From: Deltaproteobacteria bacterium TL4
GTDB lineage: Bacteria > SAR324 > NAC60-12
Direction of reading: 5' to 3'
Length of the DNA: 55,842 nucleotides
Assembly (NCBI GenBank): GCA_051382335.1
Contig: JBBCAX010000182.1
Coordinates: 1-55,842, forward strand
Made by a program: the position numbers and the translations under genes. Below the pieces are notes generated by a model. The model did not search any database. It was not told the origin of the DNA and saw only the letters and a program-made list of their open reading frames with translations. This document shows, piece after piece, positions 1 to 8,940 of the stretch. Within the stretch, counting starts at the first letter, position 1. The number at the start of each line of letters is the position of its first letter.

Positions 1-517
1 GTTCTATCGCAACCATACAAATTTCGGGATGGTAAGTTTCATCTTCACACATTGTAATTCGTTTATCGGGCATTTCTGAGCCCAGTTGTTCGATTTCCTC
101 TTGTGCAAACTCAGCCAATTTTGTCTCCATCTGGCCAGAAATCTTTTTTTGAGTCGTTTCCGAAGCGGCCACAAAAGCAGACAAGCCGCTTAAATGCAGA
201 AATTCACTCACATTATGAGTACTCGCAACTCCTACTTTTGTGAAAACAAAATGCAATGCAGTCATCAAACGATGGAGAAAACATAAACCAGAAGGACTTT
301 CAAAAAAGTGAATGACGTCAATATCACTCTCAATGTTATCTTTGCGAGCAAGCCAATTCTGCAAGGTAGAGCGTGGAACATCATTTTCTTGGCACCATTG
401 ACGTTGGCTCAATTCTCTGGTGCGTTGTTCAAAATCGATCACGTTGGCTACGATTTCTGAGCGTGACCAAAATCGTTTTGATGTTGATTCTTCTAAAGGA
501 TTAGAGTCTGATTGCAT
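1..517 (-). CDS. Transposase-like protein (DUF6399-type), N-terminal part; runs off window start
   Basis: Manual translation from ATG at 517: MQSDSNPLEESTSKRFWSRSEIV...VPRSTLQNWL (HTH-like)...FFESPSGLCFLHRL...CEDETYHPEICMVAIE, open to position 1. Not in the ORF track because no stop lies in the window. Confidence 0.7.
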   Translation of the reverse strand, partial: MQSDSNPLEESTSKRFWSRSEIVANVIDFEQRTRELSQRQWCQENDVPRSTLQNWLARKDNIESDIDVIHFFESPSGLCFLHRLMTALHFVFTKVGVASTHNVSEFLHLSGLSAFVAASETTQKKISGQMETKLAEFAQEEIEQLGSEMPDKRITMCEDETYHPEICMVAIE

Positions 518-635
518 GGTTCATTCGGGTGAGAGGGTTAACATGATTTTTGAAAAATTGTTAATACACTACTCCTGATTGAGTTGCAATTTCTACTAAT
601 TTTTAGACAGGGTGGCCGAACTTACGACCAAGCCC
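1..635 (-). mobile_element. Insertion sequence end; terminal inverted repeat at 614-635 (GGCCGAACTTACGACCAAGCCC)
   Basis: The same 22-mer is the right TIR of a TSD-flanked MITE at 11200-11221. It lies upstream of the transposase-like ORF, and radical SAM-like sequence starts right after it at 636. Confidence 0.75.
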
Positions 636-1823
636 CTCAATCCCAAGGCAGTCCTCTGTTTTTATGGATTATATGCTTCGATCAATGCCTCCTGTTTGAA
701 AGAAATGGGGGTTCATCTGGTTTTGGGCGGCGAATTTGAAGAGCCGTTATTACGATACTGCCTCAAGTATCAGGAAAACAAGACACTCTCTTCCAAGATT
801 CCGTTTGAATCCCATACGTATTTAGAGCGTATCAACTTTCAAATCCCTGACCGTCATGATCTGCCTGACCTGTCTCGATACGCCCAGCTCATCTTACCGG
901 GTTCTCGTAAAAAAACAGCTTATGTTGAAGCCAGCCGTGGCTGTAAACACCAATGCCGGCATTGTCCCATTGTTCCCGTTTATCAAAAACGTTTTTTTGT
1001 GATTCCTCAAGACGTAGTTTTAGCGGACATCCGGCAACAAGTCGCCAGCGGTGCGGAACACCTCACCTTTGGAGATCCTGATTTCTTCAACGGCATAGGC
1101 CATGCGCTGCCCATCGTACAGGCCTTACATGCGGAATTTCCAACGTTAACGTATGATGTGACCCTTAAAATAGAGCATCTTTTAAAACACCAAGCCTCGT
1201 TGTCTGTGCTGAAGGAAACCGGATGTTTGCTCATTACCAGCGCAGTAGAGTCCTTTGAAAATGAAACCCTTGAACTGTTACAAAAAGGCCATACGGTTGA
1301 GGACATTCGAACCGTAGTTCAGATTCTTCGGGAGCTCTCAATTACTTTAAATCCAACCTTCATTGCCTTCACACCGTGGACTACTTTGGCAAACTATCGT
1401 CATTTTTTAACGTCCCTGGTGGCTTTGGATTTAGTGGAACACGTTTCTCCGATACAACTGGCCATTCGCTTGCTGGTTCCCCATCAATCCCGACTGTTGG
1501 AGTGCCAGGAGTTACAACATTTTTTTGAAGTTTTTGATGAAAAACAATGGGTTTATCCTTGGAAAAACAGGGATCCCCGGATGGAGGAACTCCAGCTTCG
1601 TTTAGTCGCGCTGATCGCAAAAAATAGCGCGTCCAAACACTCACGGACCACGATTTTCAGTCAAGTTTGGAACATCGCTTCGGAATACGCGGAAGCCGAG
1701 AACCCGTTTCCACCTTTGCCGAATATTCCTCAACGAGCAACGGTTCCTTATCTCAATGAACCTTGGTATTGTTGAGCAGAACCCACCGAAGAGCAGGTGG
1801 CTCTTCTCAAAACGAGGCTGTAG
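636..1823 (+). pseudogene. CUAEP-tail radical SAM selenoprotein, 5'-truncated by IS insertion; UGA 1773-1775 read as Sec, true stop TAG 1821-1823
   Basis: CKHQCRHC (CxxxCxxC) motif. The frame continues through TGA as YLNEPWYC-U-AEPTEEQVALLKTRL*. The first 8 codons of the predicted ORF (612-635) are IS end sequence. Confidence 0.85.
1788..1806 (+). promoter_or_regulatory. Putative bacterial SECIS hairpin
   Basis: GAAGAGC-AGGTG-GCTCTTC: perfect 7-bp stem with G-rich loop, starting 12 nt after the UGA. Confidence 0.7.
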
Positions 1824-1940
1824 ACAGTCCTCTTTGATTGTGAATTAAAAAGGTGAGTCCACTCAATACGCAAAAAACGCTAAATTTATTTTCGTGTGTT
1901 TCGTGGACTGAAGCGTAAAAATAACCCCAAGCTTTCCTGG

Positions 1941-3209
1941 ATGGACATTATGGGAGAACAAAAACCCAGAATTCTTTTATTGATTCCCAATACAAGTTAC
2001 CGAACCACCGCTTTCTTGAGTGCGGGTTCCAAACTTGGGGTGGAGGTTGCCGTTGCGTCTGAAACGAAAAGATCACTGGCTGATCTTGCACCGGGAACCA
2101 CTTTAAAAATTGATTTCAGAGATTCAGGGCAAGCGGTAAAGGCAATCCTGGAATTTGCGGAATCTTATCCGTTGAAAGCGGTCCTGGGCGTTGATGATGA
2201 ATCGGTGATCTTGGCGGCGGAGGCCAGTTTAGCGTTGGGATTGGTTCATAATCCAATTGAGGCGGTCATGCTCACAAGAAATAAGGTTTTGATGCGTGAA
2301 AAATTATCGAAACATCCGCTTCTTGCGCCTCAATATTGGTTATTTTCTCTTCAGGATCAGGTTGCTGAAATGGCACAGACCGTTTCCTACCCTTGTGTTC
2401 TAAAGCCACTTTTTCTGTCCGCAAGTCAGGGGGTGATTCGTGCAAATAACCCCACCGATTTTCTTTCCGCATTTCAAATCATTGAATCCCTGCTCAACGA
2501 TCCGGCTATCGCAAAGCGAGGTCAGCAAAAAGCCCGGCAACTTTTGGTGGAATCCTATATCCCGGGTGCTGAAATTGCGCTCGAAGGCCTGCTCATTAAA
2601 GGCAAACTCAAGCGGTTGGCACTTTTTGATAAACCGGATACGCCGGAAGGTCCTTTTTTTCCTGAAACCATATATACCACCCCCTCCCAACTCTCGGCGG
2701 TTGTGCAACGTCAGGTGGATGAGCTCATCCAACAGGTTTCTGAAATTATCGGTTTGTATGAGGGTCCCATTCATGCGGAGATGCGCGTTAATGAACAAGG
2801 CCTCTGGCTGCTTGAAATCGCGGCACGTTCCATTGGAGGACTTTGTTCCAGAGTCCTTCAATTCACAGGAGGCATGTCGCTTGAGGAGTTAATTCTACGT
2901 CATGTTTTAGGAAGAAATCTTCACGCTGCGGAACGACAGGATCGTGCTTGTGGTGTGATGATGCTGAGCGTATCTCAAGCCGGTGTGTTGAAAGAAGTCA
3001 GGGGGCTTGAGGCAGCCAAACAAAAACCGGGGATTAAGGATGTTTTAATCACCATTGCGCCTGAGACGCCAGTGGAACCGTTACCCAAGGATGCCCGTTA
3101 TTTAGGCTTCATTTTTGCGGAAGGAGAGACGCCTCAGGAAGTTGAAGCAAACTTGCGGCAAGCGGAACAGTGTCTGGAAATTGTGATTGACGTCCCTGAC
3201 CATTTATAA
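1941..3209 (+). CDS. ATP-grasp domain ligase
   Basis: Motifs TRNK..MR, YPCVLKPLFLSASQGVIRA, LVESYIPGAE, HAEMR, LEIAARSIGG. Start at ATG 1941 or 1950. Confidence 0.85.
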   Translation: MDIMGEQKPRILLLIPNTSYRTTAFLSAGSKLGVEVAVASETKRSLADLAPGTTLKIDFRDSGQAVKAILEFAESYPLKAVLGVDDESVILAAEASLALGLVHNPIEAVMLTRNKVLMREKLSKHPLLAPQYWLFSLQDQVAEMAQTVSYPCVLKPLFLSASQGVIRANNPTDFLSAFQIIESLLNDPAIAKRGQQKARQLLVESYIPGAEIALEGLLIKGKLKRLALFDKPDTPEGPFFPETIYTTPSQLSAVVQRQVDELIQQVSEIIGLYEGPIHAEMRVNEQGLWLLEIAARSIGGLCSRVLQFTGGMSLEELILRHVLGRNLHAAERQDRACGVMMLSVSQAGVLKEVRGLEAAKQKPGIKDVLITIAPETPVEPLPKDARYLGFIFAEGETPQEVEANLRQAEQCLEIVIDVPDHL

Positions 3210-3313
3210 CCTTGATTCTATCAAGTTCAGATGTCAAGCATCACTATAGACGTTCAGACATCAGAACGACAACGCTTTGTTTCGTTTTACTATCCTTTTT
3301 CCTTTTTAGTGCT

Positions 3314-4645
3314 ATGGTCACCGCGAAAAGCAGTATCAAACAGGGGAATGCTGCCAGAAAAAAGCCATTAAACTATTTGAATACCAAGTTTGATATTTAT
3401 AATGTCAGATGTCTCCCTGATGTTGGAGGTCTGTACTATAACGAATTTCGACAACGAGTGGATGAAATCAAAAATCACTCTGGAAGCATCCTCAATTCAG
3501 CGACTAAAGCGTTTAGCGCCTTACTCTTTTCCAAAGCAGAGAAACAAGAACAGGCCAAGTCTTTTGCTCGTCGAAGCGGACTCGATATTGTGGATTTTGA
3601 GCCTAGCCAAAGTAATACGGAAATTGTGGAACAATTAGGAAAAAATCCGCTTCAACACCGTCAACGTGTCACACTTGCGACTAAGGTTCATAACTCGGTG
3701 AAGTCTCTGCCTGTCGAGCAAATGCGCCAAGTCTTAATGCAAATTTCGGTTCCTATGGGCTTTGGTGAATTTGATGTAGGCAACATGAAATTACTGGCTT
3801 CGGGAAACCGGAGATATAAAGCCAAACTCTTGATCCTGTTTCACCATGAAAAACAAAAAATCATGAGGGCTACAGGAGGAAGCAGTTATGAGCAAGACCC
3901 TCATTTCCAATGTTTGCTCCGAAACGAACAGTTACTGAAAAAATTAATGGAAAGGTCCATTGATAAAATTCAAACTGCGGATTTTGTCATCTCGCTCAAC
4001 TTGTCAACCATCACCAAAGTCCTGGATGGAACCTTGAATATTCCGAAAGGGACAAGTATGGAGGATAAACGCCGTTCTTTGGAAAGGAACCTGGCCGGAA
4101 TTGTGATGACGCTCATGGAAGTTGAATTTCTTCACCCTGAGTTGATTCGTATCATCGAACAGTATATGCGGCCTTTGAACCCTGCGAGTCCACTGTCTCA
4201 TTATGTGGAGGCCTGTCTTTGGAGCAATCAATTAAAAATCCAGACCATCCACGAAGAATTTGCCTCAGGTAAAACAGAATCGCTAAACGCCATCGAAAGT
4301 AATATGATTCAGGAGGAGTTTTCGAAAGCGAATATCGAAAAAGTCATGCGAGGTTTATTAAAAAATTGTCTGACGGCTTATGCGACCAGTCTCAAGTTAT
4401 TGCCCAATCTCAGCAATATGAAGCAAATGCAGAAAAAAATTCTGATTGAACATGCTAAAATGTGTCTCTATGCCTATTCCTTGAAGATGCAACTGAAAGC
4501 CTCAGACGCTGTGATCAAAAGTATTATTTTGAGCGGGTCGAAGTCCTTGAGAAAAGCCGAGTATACACCTGAAAATGATAAAATGAATTTAATCAGCAAC
4601 TATAAAATCATCTTGGAAGATTTTGGGATGCCCTCTCCTTTTTAA
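3314..4645 (+). CDS. Hypothetical protein, probably alpha-helical
   Basis: Long ORF (track 3212-4645); ATG 3314 is the more plausible start; no recognisable motif. Confidence 0.7.
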   Translation: MVTAKSSIKQGNAARKKPLNYLNTKFDIYNVRCLPDVGGLYYNEFRQRVDEIKNHSGSILNSATKAFSALLFSKAEKQEQAKSFARRSGLDIVDFEPSQSNTEIVEQLGKNPLQHRQRVTLATKVHNSVKSLPVEQMRQVLMQISVPMGFGEFDVGNMKLLASGNRRYKAKLLILFHHEKQKIMRATGGSSYEQDPHFQCLLRNEQLLKKLMERSIDKIQTADFVISLNLSTITKVLDGTLNIPKGTSMEDKRRSLERNLAGIVMTLMEVEFLHPELIRIIEQYMRPLNPASPLSHYVEACLWSNQLKIQTIHEEFASGKTESLNAIESNMIQEEFSKANIEKVMRGLLKNCLTAYATSLKLLPNLSNMKQMQKKILIEHAKMCLYAYSLKMQLKASDAVIKSIILSGSKSLRKAEYTPENDKMNLISNYKIILEDFGMPSPF

Positions 4646-4733
4646 ATTTTTATACGTTCCTTTCCAAAGACTTCTTCAAGTCACACACAATTTGCATATC
4701 GTTTTCCATACTGATCCCTATTCCGTCAAGTCC

Positions 4734-4858
4734 CGTAGGGAGGCCTCAATTGAAGGCGGCCTTGGTTATTTTCAGCCGTCCCTACGAACCTAAAGAAATA
4801 GGTGCTTTTTTTCCCAGCGATAAATCGCCGGGCGATTTTCATAAGGTCCCTCCGGGAC
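4734..4858. repeat. REP-like palindromic elements
   Basis: CGTAGGGA...TCCCTACG arms, and CCCAGCGATAAATCGCCGGG...GTCCCTCCGGGAC palindromes, in intergenic DNA. Confidence 0.5.
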
Positions 4859-4962
4859 TATAAACATTAGGCAAAAAAATGGGAGGAACCCCATGAACTC
4901 CAGGCAAAATTCTACGGTTCAGGGCTAGGGGGATGATGTGAGTTCAAACGAGGAAACAGGTA

Positions 4963-7900
4963 ATGATTAAACAGGCATTCGCATTATTTCAAGATCTCTT
5001 TGGTTTGTTTTTTGTCACCTCAGGCTGCGTCTCTGTTCTTTTGGGAGGATTCATCGTGGGGATCGAGTCCCCGGCTTTTGGTGCGGAGCCTGACATTATC
5101 TACACCTGGAATCGCCAATACTATGGCAAACTCAATGGAGAACGAAGACTGCTGTATACCCGTTCTTTCAACCGGAGTCAGTTGGCTTTCGCGGATATTG
5201 ATGGAGATGGAGTGGATGAATTGTTTGTGGGTAAGGAAAATGGTACTGTCGCCTTTTTTGTCAATAAGGGGACGCCTGAACAGCCCCAATTTGAATTACA
5301 AGAGGAAGACTATAAAATATGGCGCCAGGACGTGGACGATAATCAGCACACCAAACGAATAGAAACGAGTATTCATGTGGGTGGAAACGCGGCTCCTGTG
5401 TTTGTAGATATTGATGATGATGGGGATTTGGATTTGTTCATTGGTTCAAAAGATGGAAGCCTCTTTTTCTACGAAAACCAAGGGCATAAACTTTATCCGT
5501 CCTTTGAATTAGCCTCCCCCTTATACATGGGACTCCGACCTGGTACCAATACGGTGGTCCGCTTTGCGGATGTTAATGCCGATAGAGCGTTAGATATGCT
5601 TGTGGGGACAGGTGAGGGGAAAGTTTTACTGTATACTAATGCTGGAAGGATGAATAAAGCTTATTTTTGTCAGGGGAAAATAGATTCCATAACCACCGAA
5701 CCGAATTGCCCTGGACCTCCCGTGGTGATTGATGACATCCGACCTGACATCGACGCGGCACCAGAGTGGGTTGATTGGAATCATGATAACAAACTGGATC
5801 TGGTTGTTGGAAAATCAGATGGGAAAATGAATTTTTATGTAAACCGGGGAACTTATTTTGAGCCGAAGTGGGAATTGGAATCAAACCGGTTTTTATTCCT
5901 GGATTCAGGCGGATTTGCGATTCCACGATTTTATGATCTCAACCGTGATGGTTTTCCTGAACTGTTCATCGGAACCTCCTCTTCTACGGTGATTTACTAT
6001 GAAAACCAGGAAGTCATCCGTCACAGCCTGGAAAGTATTCAGGAGGTAGATTGGACGTTGTTTAACTGGGAACGTCCCCCAACCGAGCTGCTGAGTAAAG
6101 CCTGTGATTTATTAGGCGGCATTTTGGTCTGTTTGCCTCAATTGGGACAAGCCCTTAACCTCCCCGACAGTCTTACGCTCAAAGGAGATTTTAATAGCCT
6201 TGCGAACGCTCTGTTGAAAGCTGACAGTAGCTTCAATCATACGGTTCCGATCCCCGAAATCAAAGCGACAACAGAAGGAAGTGGTGTTCCTCCGAAGGGA
6301 CAAGGGACTTCCCCCGCAGGGCAGATCAACACTCGCGCGCCTTCGTTTCAGGCAAATACCAATGTGCCAAGTGCCCTCCCTCCCGCTGGTGTCCAGGGCA
6401 CACCTCCCGCCGCAAAACCCGGTCAGGGAACGGGAGACTCAAAAAAAGAAAGTCTCCTTGTAACCACACGCAATCGGCTGTGGCTGGTGTCAAAAAATTA
6501 CCTGGAATTTGGTGAATTCATCCCTAATGATCGGCATACGGTCATTACGAGTGGAGATTGGAACAATGATGGGAAAGTGGATCTCTTGTTAGGAAGTCTC
6601 TCTGGAAGACTCTCTGCTTATCAAAATAAAGGGACAGATACCGCGGAAGATTGGTCTGCTATTGCAGAACCGATATTTGCTCCAAACCAGCGAGAACAGA
6701 GTGCGCCCACGCTAGGAGATATTGATGGGGATGGGGATTTGGACCTCCTCGTTGGTAATCGTGCTGGACGTTTGGAACTCATAAGGAACACTGGCAGTAA
6801 ACAAAGTCCTGTCTGGAAAATTGAAACGCTTTTTTATTCACAAATTGATGTAGGAAACAATAGTATTCCAACCTTGTGGGATATAGATCAGGATGGAGAC
6901 CTGGATTTATTTGTGGGAAATAGTCGGGGACGGATTATTTTCTATCAAAACCAGGGTAATAAAAACACTCCCCAATTTGTCATTAAAAGTACACGGTTTT
7001 CAAAAGTGCTTGTGAGCAACAACGCCGCACCGGCTTTTTTCTACTGGGGCGAGGATCCTCACCCCGATTTACTCATTGGAGCACGAAACGGACAAATCCA
7101 ATTGGTTAGCAACAATCCACTCCCTGGCTATCCGGTCACTCAGGGGTGGCAACTGGAAACCCCCAACTGGACTGAACTGGAAACACAAAGCTTCAGCACT
7201 CCTCATTTCATGGATCTGAATAAAGATCAGAAGCCTGATTTACTCATGGGAAGCGGTAACGGGAAAGTGCTGGTCTGGCTCAATGGAGGTTTTGAAAAGG
7301 TTGCGGATCTTCCTCCGGAACCTGCCGTCACAACCAGTAATACGGTTGATAAAGAGCCAGAAGAAACGGTCGTGGAAAATGAAGACTTACCTGAGGTGGT
7401 TGTAGAAGAGGAATTGACGGAAGAAGAACACGCCTCAGAGCGTGAAGTAGAAGAACCGCCTAATATTCCCTTTGACCCTGTCTATACGCTTACGAGTAAA
7501 AAATATGGGGATTTAGCTTTTGGAAAACGGGCGGTGCCCGTGTTTTTTGATATTGAGGGTGATAATGACCTGGACTTGTTTGTTGGAAATAAAGAGGGAG
7601 AAATTCATCAGTACTTGAATGAAGGAACCCCGACCGCTCCGCATTGGGTTCTGGTGACTAAAAAGTTTTTAGATTACGAGGGCGGAAAAAACGCTACGCC
7701 CTTATTTGCGGACTTGGATAATGATGGAGATCTGGATTTCCTGGTAGGTAATGAACAAGGTGAGATGACTTATTGGGAAAATAAAGGTTCGCCAGAATCT
7801 GCCGAGTTTGTCCCCAATCCCACCCCCTTTGCCGGAGTAACGGGAGGTCGTAACGTCAGACCGGCGGTGTTTGATATTAATGCCGATGGCGCGAATGATG

Positions 7901-8286
7901 TGATTCTGGGAAATTTTCAGGGCTATTTACGGGTTTATCTCCAAATCCGCGGAGCCAATGGATTTCGCATGGAACTCCATCATCGGGAATATATGGGTCT
8001 TGATGTTGGTTTAGGGGCAACTCCCACCTTTGCGGATATCAACAACAGCCAGACTTTGGATTTGATCATTGGCTCAGACCAGGGGAAACTGTTTGCGTAT
8101 AATCAGGATACGATCACTCCCAATAATCAATGGGGCTGGAGTCTCAATAAGCGCTATTTTAAAGACTTGGTTCTGCCCCTTGGCTGTTTTCCCGTCTTTG
8201 TGGATCTAGATCAGGATGGCGATGTGGATATGTTTATTGGTAGTGATGAAGGGACGATCTATTTCTATGAGAACAAGGCCAAATAG
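4963..8286 (+). CDS. Secreted FG-GAP/VCBS repeat (Ca-binding beta-propeller) protein
   Basis: N-terminal hydrophobic signal. Many DxDxDGDxDLxxG repeats in three blocks separated by Pro/Gly-rich and Glu-rich linkers. Confidence 0.85.
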   Translation: MIKQAFALFQDLFGLFFVTSGCVSVLLGGFIVGIESPAFGAEPDIIYTWNRQYYGKLNGERRLLYTRSFNRSQLAFADIDGDGVDELFVGKENGTVAFFVNKGTPEQPQFELQEEDYKIWRQDVDDNQHTKRIETSIHVGGNAAPVFVDIDDDGDLDLFIGSKDGSLFFYENQGHKLYPSFELASPLYMGLRPGTNTVVRFADVNADRALDMLVGTGEGKVLLYTNAGRMNKAYFCQGKIDSITTEPNCPGPPVVIDDIRPDIDAAPEWVDWNHDNKLDLVVGKSDGKMNFYVNRGTYFEPKWELESNRFLFLDSGGFAIPRFYDLNRDGFPELFIGTSSSTVIYYENQEVIRHSLESIQEVDWTLFNWERPPTELLSKACDLLGGILVCLPQLGQALNLPDSLTLKGDFNSLANALLKADSSFNHTVPIPEIKATTEGSGVPPKGQGTSPAGQINTRAPSFQANTNVPSALPPAGVQGTPPAAKPGQGTGDSKKESLLVTTRNRLWLVSKNYLEFGEFIPNDRHTVITSGDWNNDGKVDLLLGSLSGRLSAYQNKGTDTAEDWSAIAEPIFAPNQREQSAPTLGDIDGDGDLDLLVGNRAGRLELIRNTGSKQSPVWKIETLFYSQIDVGNNSIPTLWDIDQDGDLDLFVGNSRGRIIFYQNQGNKNTPQFVIKSTRFSKVLVSNNAAPAFFYWGEDPHPDLLIGARNGQIQLVSNNPLPGYPVTQGWQLETPNWTELETQSFSTPHFMDLNKDQKPDLLMGSGNGKVLVWLNGGFEKVADLPPEPAVTTSNTVDKEPEETVVENEDLPEVVVEEELTEEEHASEREVEEPPNIPFDPVYTLTSKKYGDLAFGKRAVPVFFDIEGDNDLDLFVGNKEGEIHQYLNEGTPTAPHWVLVTKKFLDYEGGKNATPLFADLDNDGDLDFLVGNEQGEMTYWENKGSPESAEFVPNPTPFAGVTGGRNVRPAVFDINADGANDVILGNFQGYLRVYLQIRGANGFRMELHHREYMGLDVGLGATPTFADINNSQTLDLIIGSDQGKLFAYNQDTITPNNQWGWSLNKRYFKDLVLPLGCFPVFVDLDQDGDVDMFIGSDEGTIYFYENKAK

Positions 8287-8439
8287 TTTTAGTCATAGAC
8301 TCACAATTATCTTGCACCATTACCGATAATCCCTAAACTTTCCCCACTTTTTTAACGTCGTCCCCGCTTGGGGATAATCGCTGTTGAACTCTGTTCAATA
8401 CAGTACGCATCCCACCTTACCATCGGAAAAAGAGGCCTT

Positions 8440-8940
8440 ATGAAATGGCTTTATCTCTTGCGACATGCCAAATCGTCTTGGAAAGATGAAAAATTGTCAG
8501 ATCATGACCGTCCTTTAGCAAAACGCGGTCAACGGGATGCTCCCAGGGTGGCTCGAGTGCTCCATAATTTGGAACATCCCCCTGAGTTGATCCTGTCTTC
8601 TACCGCGGTACGTGCGGTGCAGACGGCAATGTTTCTTTGTGAGACCTGTTTCCAGAAGACTCCGTTTATTAAAGTGGAACGACTTTATGAAGCCTCTCCG
8701 GGGACCCTCTTGAGAGTGATTCAAGAGCAATCCGATCAGTACCGTGCACTCGTCATGGTTGCCCACAATCCTGGATTAGAAGACCTGGTCATGCATTTAA
8801 CCCCAAACGAAGAGTATGTCCAATTTCCAACTGCGGCATTGGCAGGATTCAAATTTGAAGTGAACTCCTGGAAAGGAGTGGATCTGGGGAAAGGAACTCT
8901 TGAAACTTTAGTCTATTCACGTTCATTGGAGGAAATATAA
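8440..8940 (+). CDS. sixA: SixA-like phosphohistidine phosphatase
   Basis: LYLLRHAKSSW, DHDRPL, SSTAVRAVQT and VAHNPGL motifs; ATG 8440 follows AGAGG. Confidence 0.85.
   Translation: MKWLYLLRHAKSSWKDEKLSDHDRPLAKRGQRDAPRVARVLHNLEHPPELILSSTAVRAVQTAMFLCETCFQKTPFIKVERLYEASPGTLLRVIQEQSDQYRALVMVAHNPGLEDLVMHLTPNEEYVQFPTAALAGFKFEVNSWKGVDLGKGTLETLVYSRSLEEI

Noticed and set aside
612..1775. ORF-track boundaries for the radical SAM gene
   Set aside because: The start lies in an IS terminal repeat and the TGA is most likely Sec.
8303..8329. ACCGATAA upstream of sixA as a sigma-28 promoter
   Set aside because: The -35 element (ACAA) is a poor match; insufficient support.
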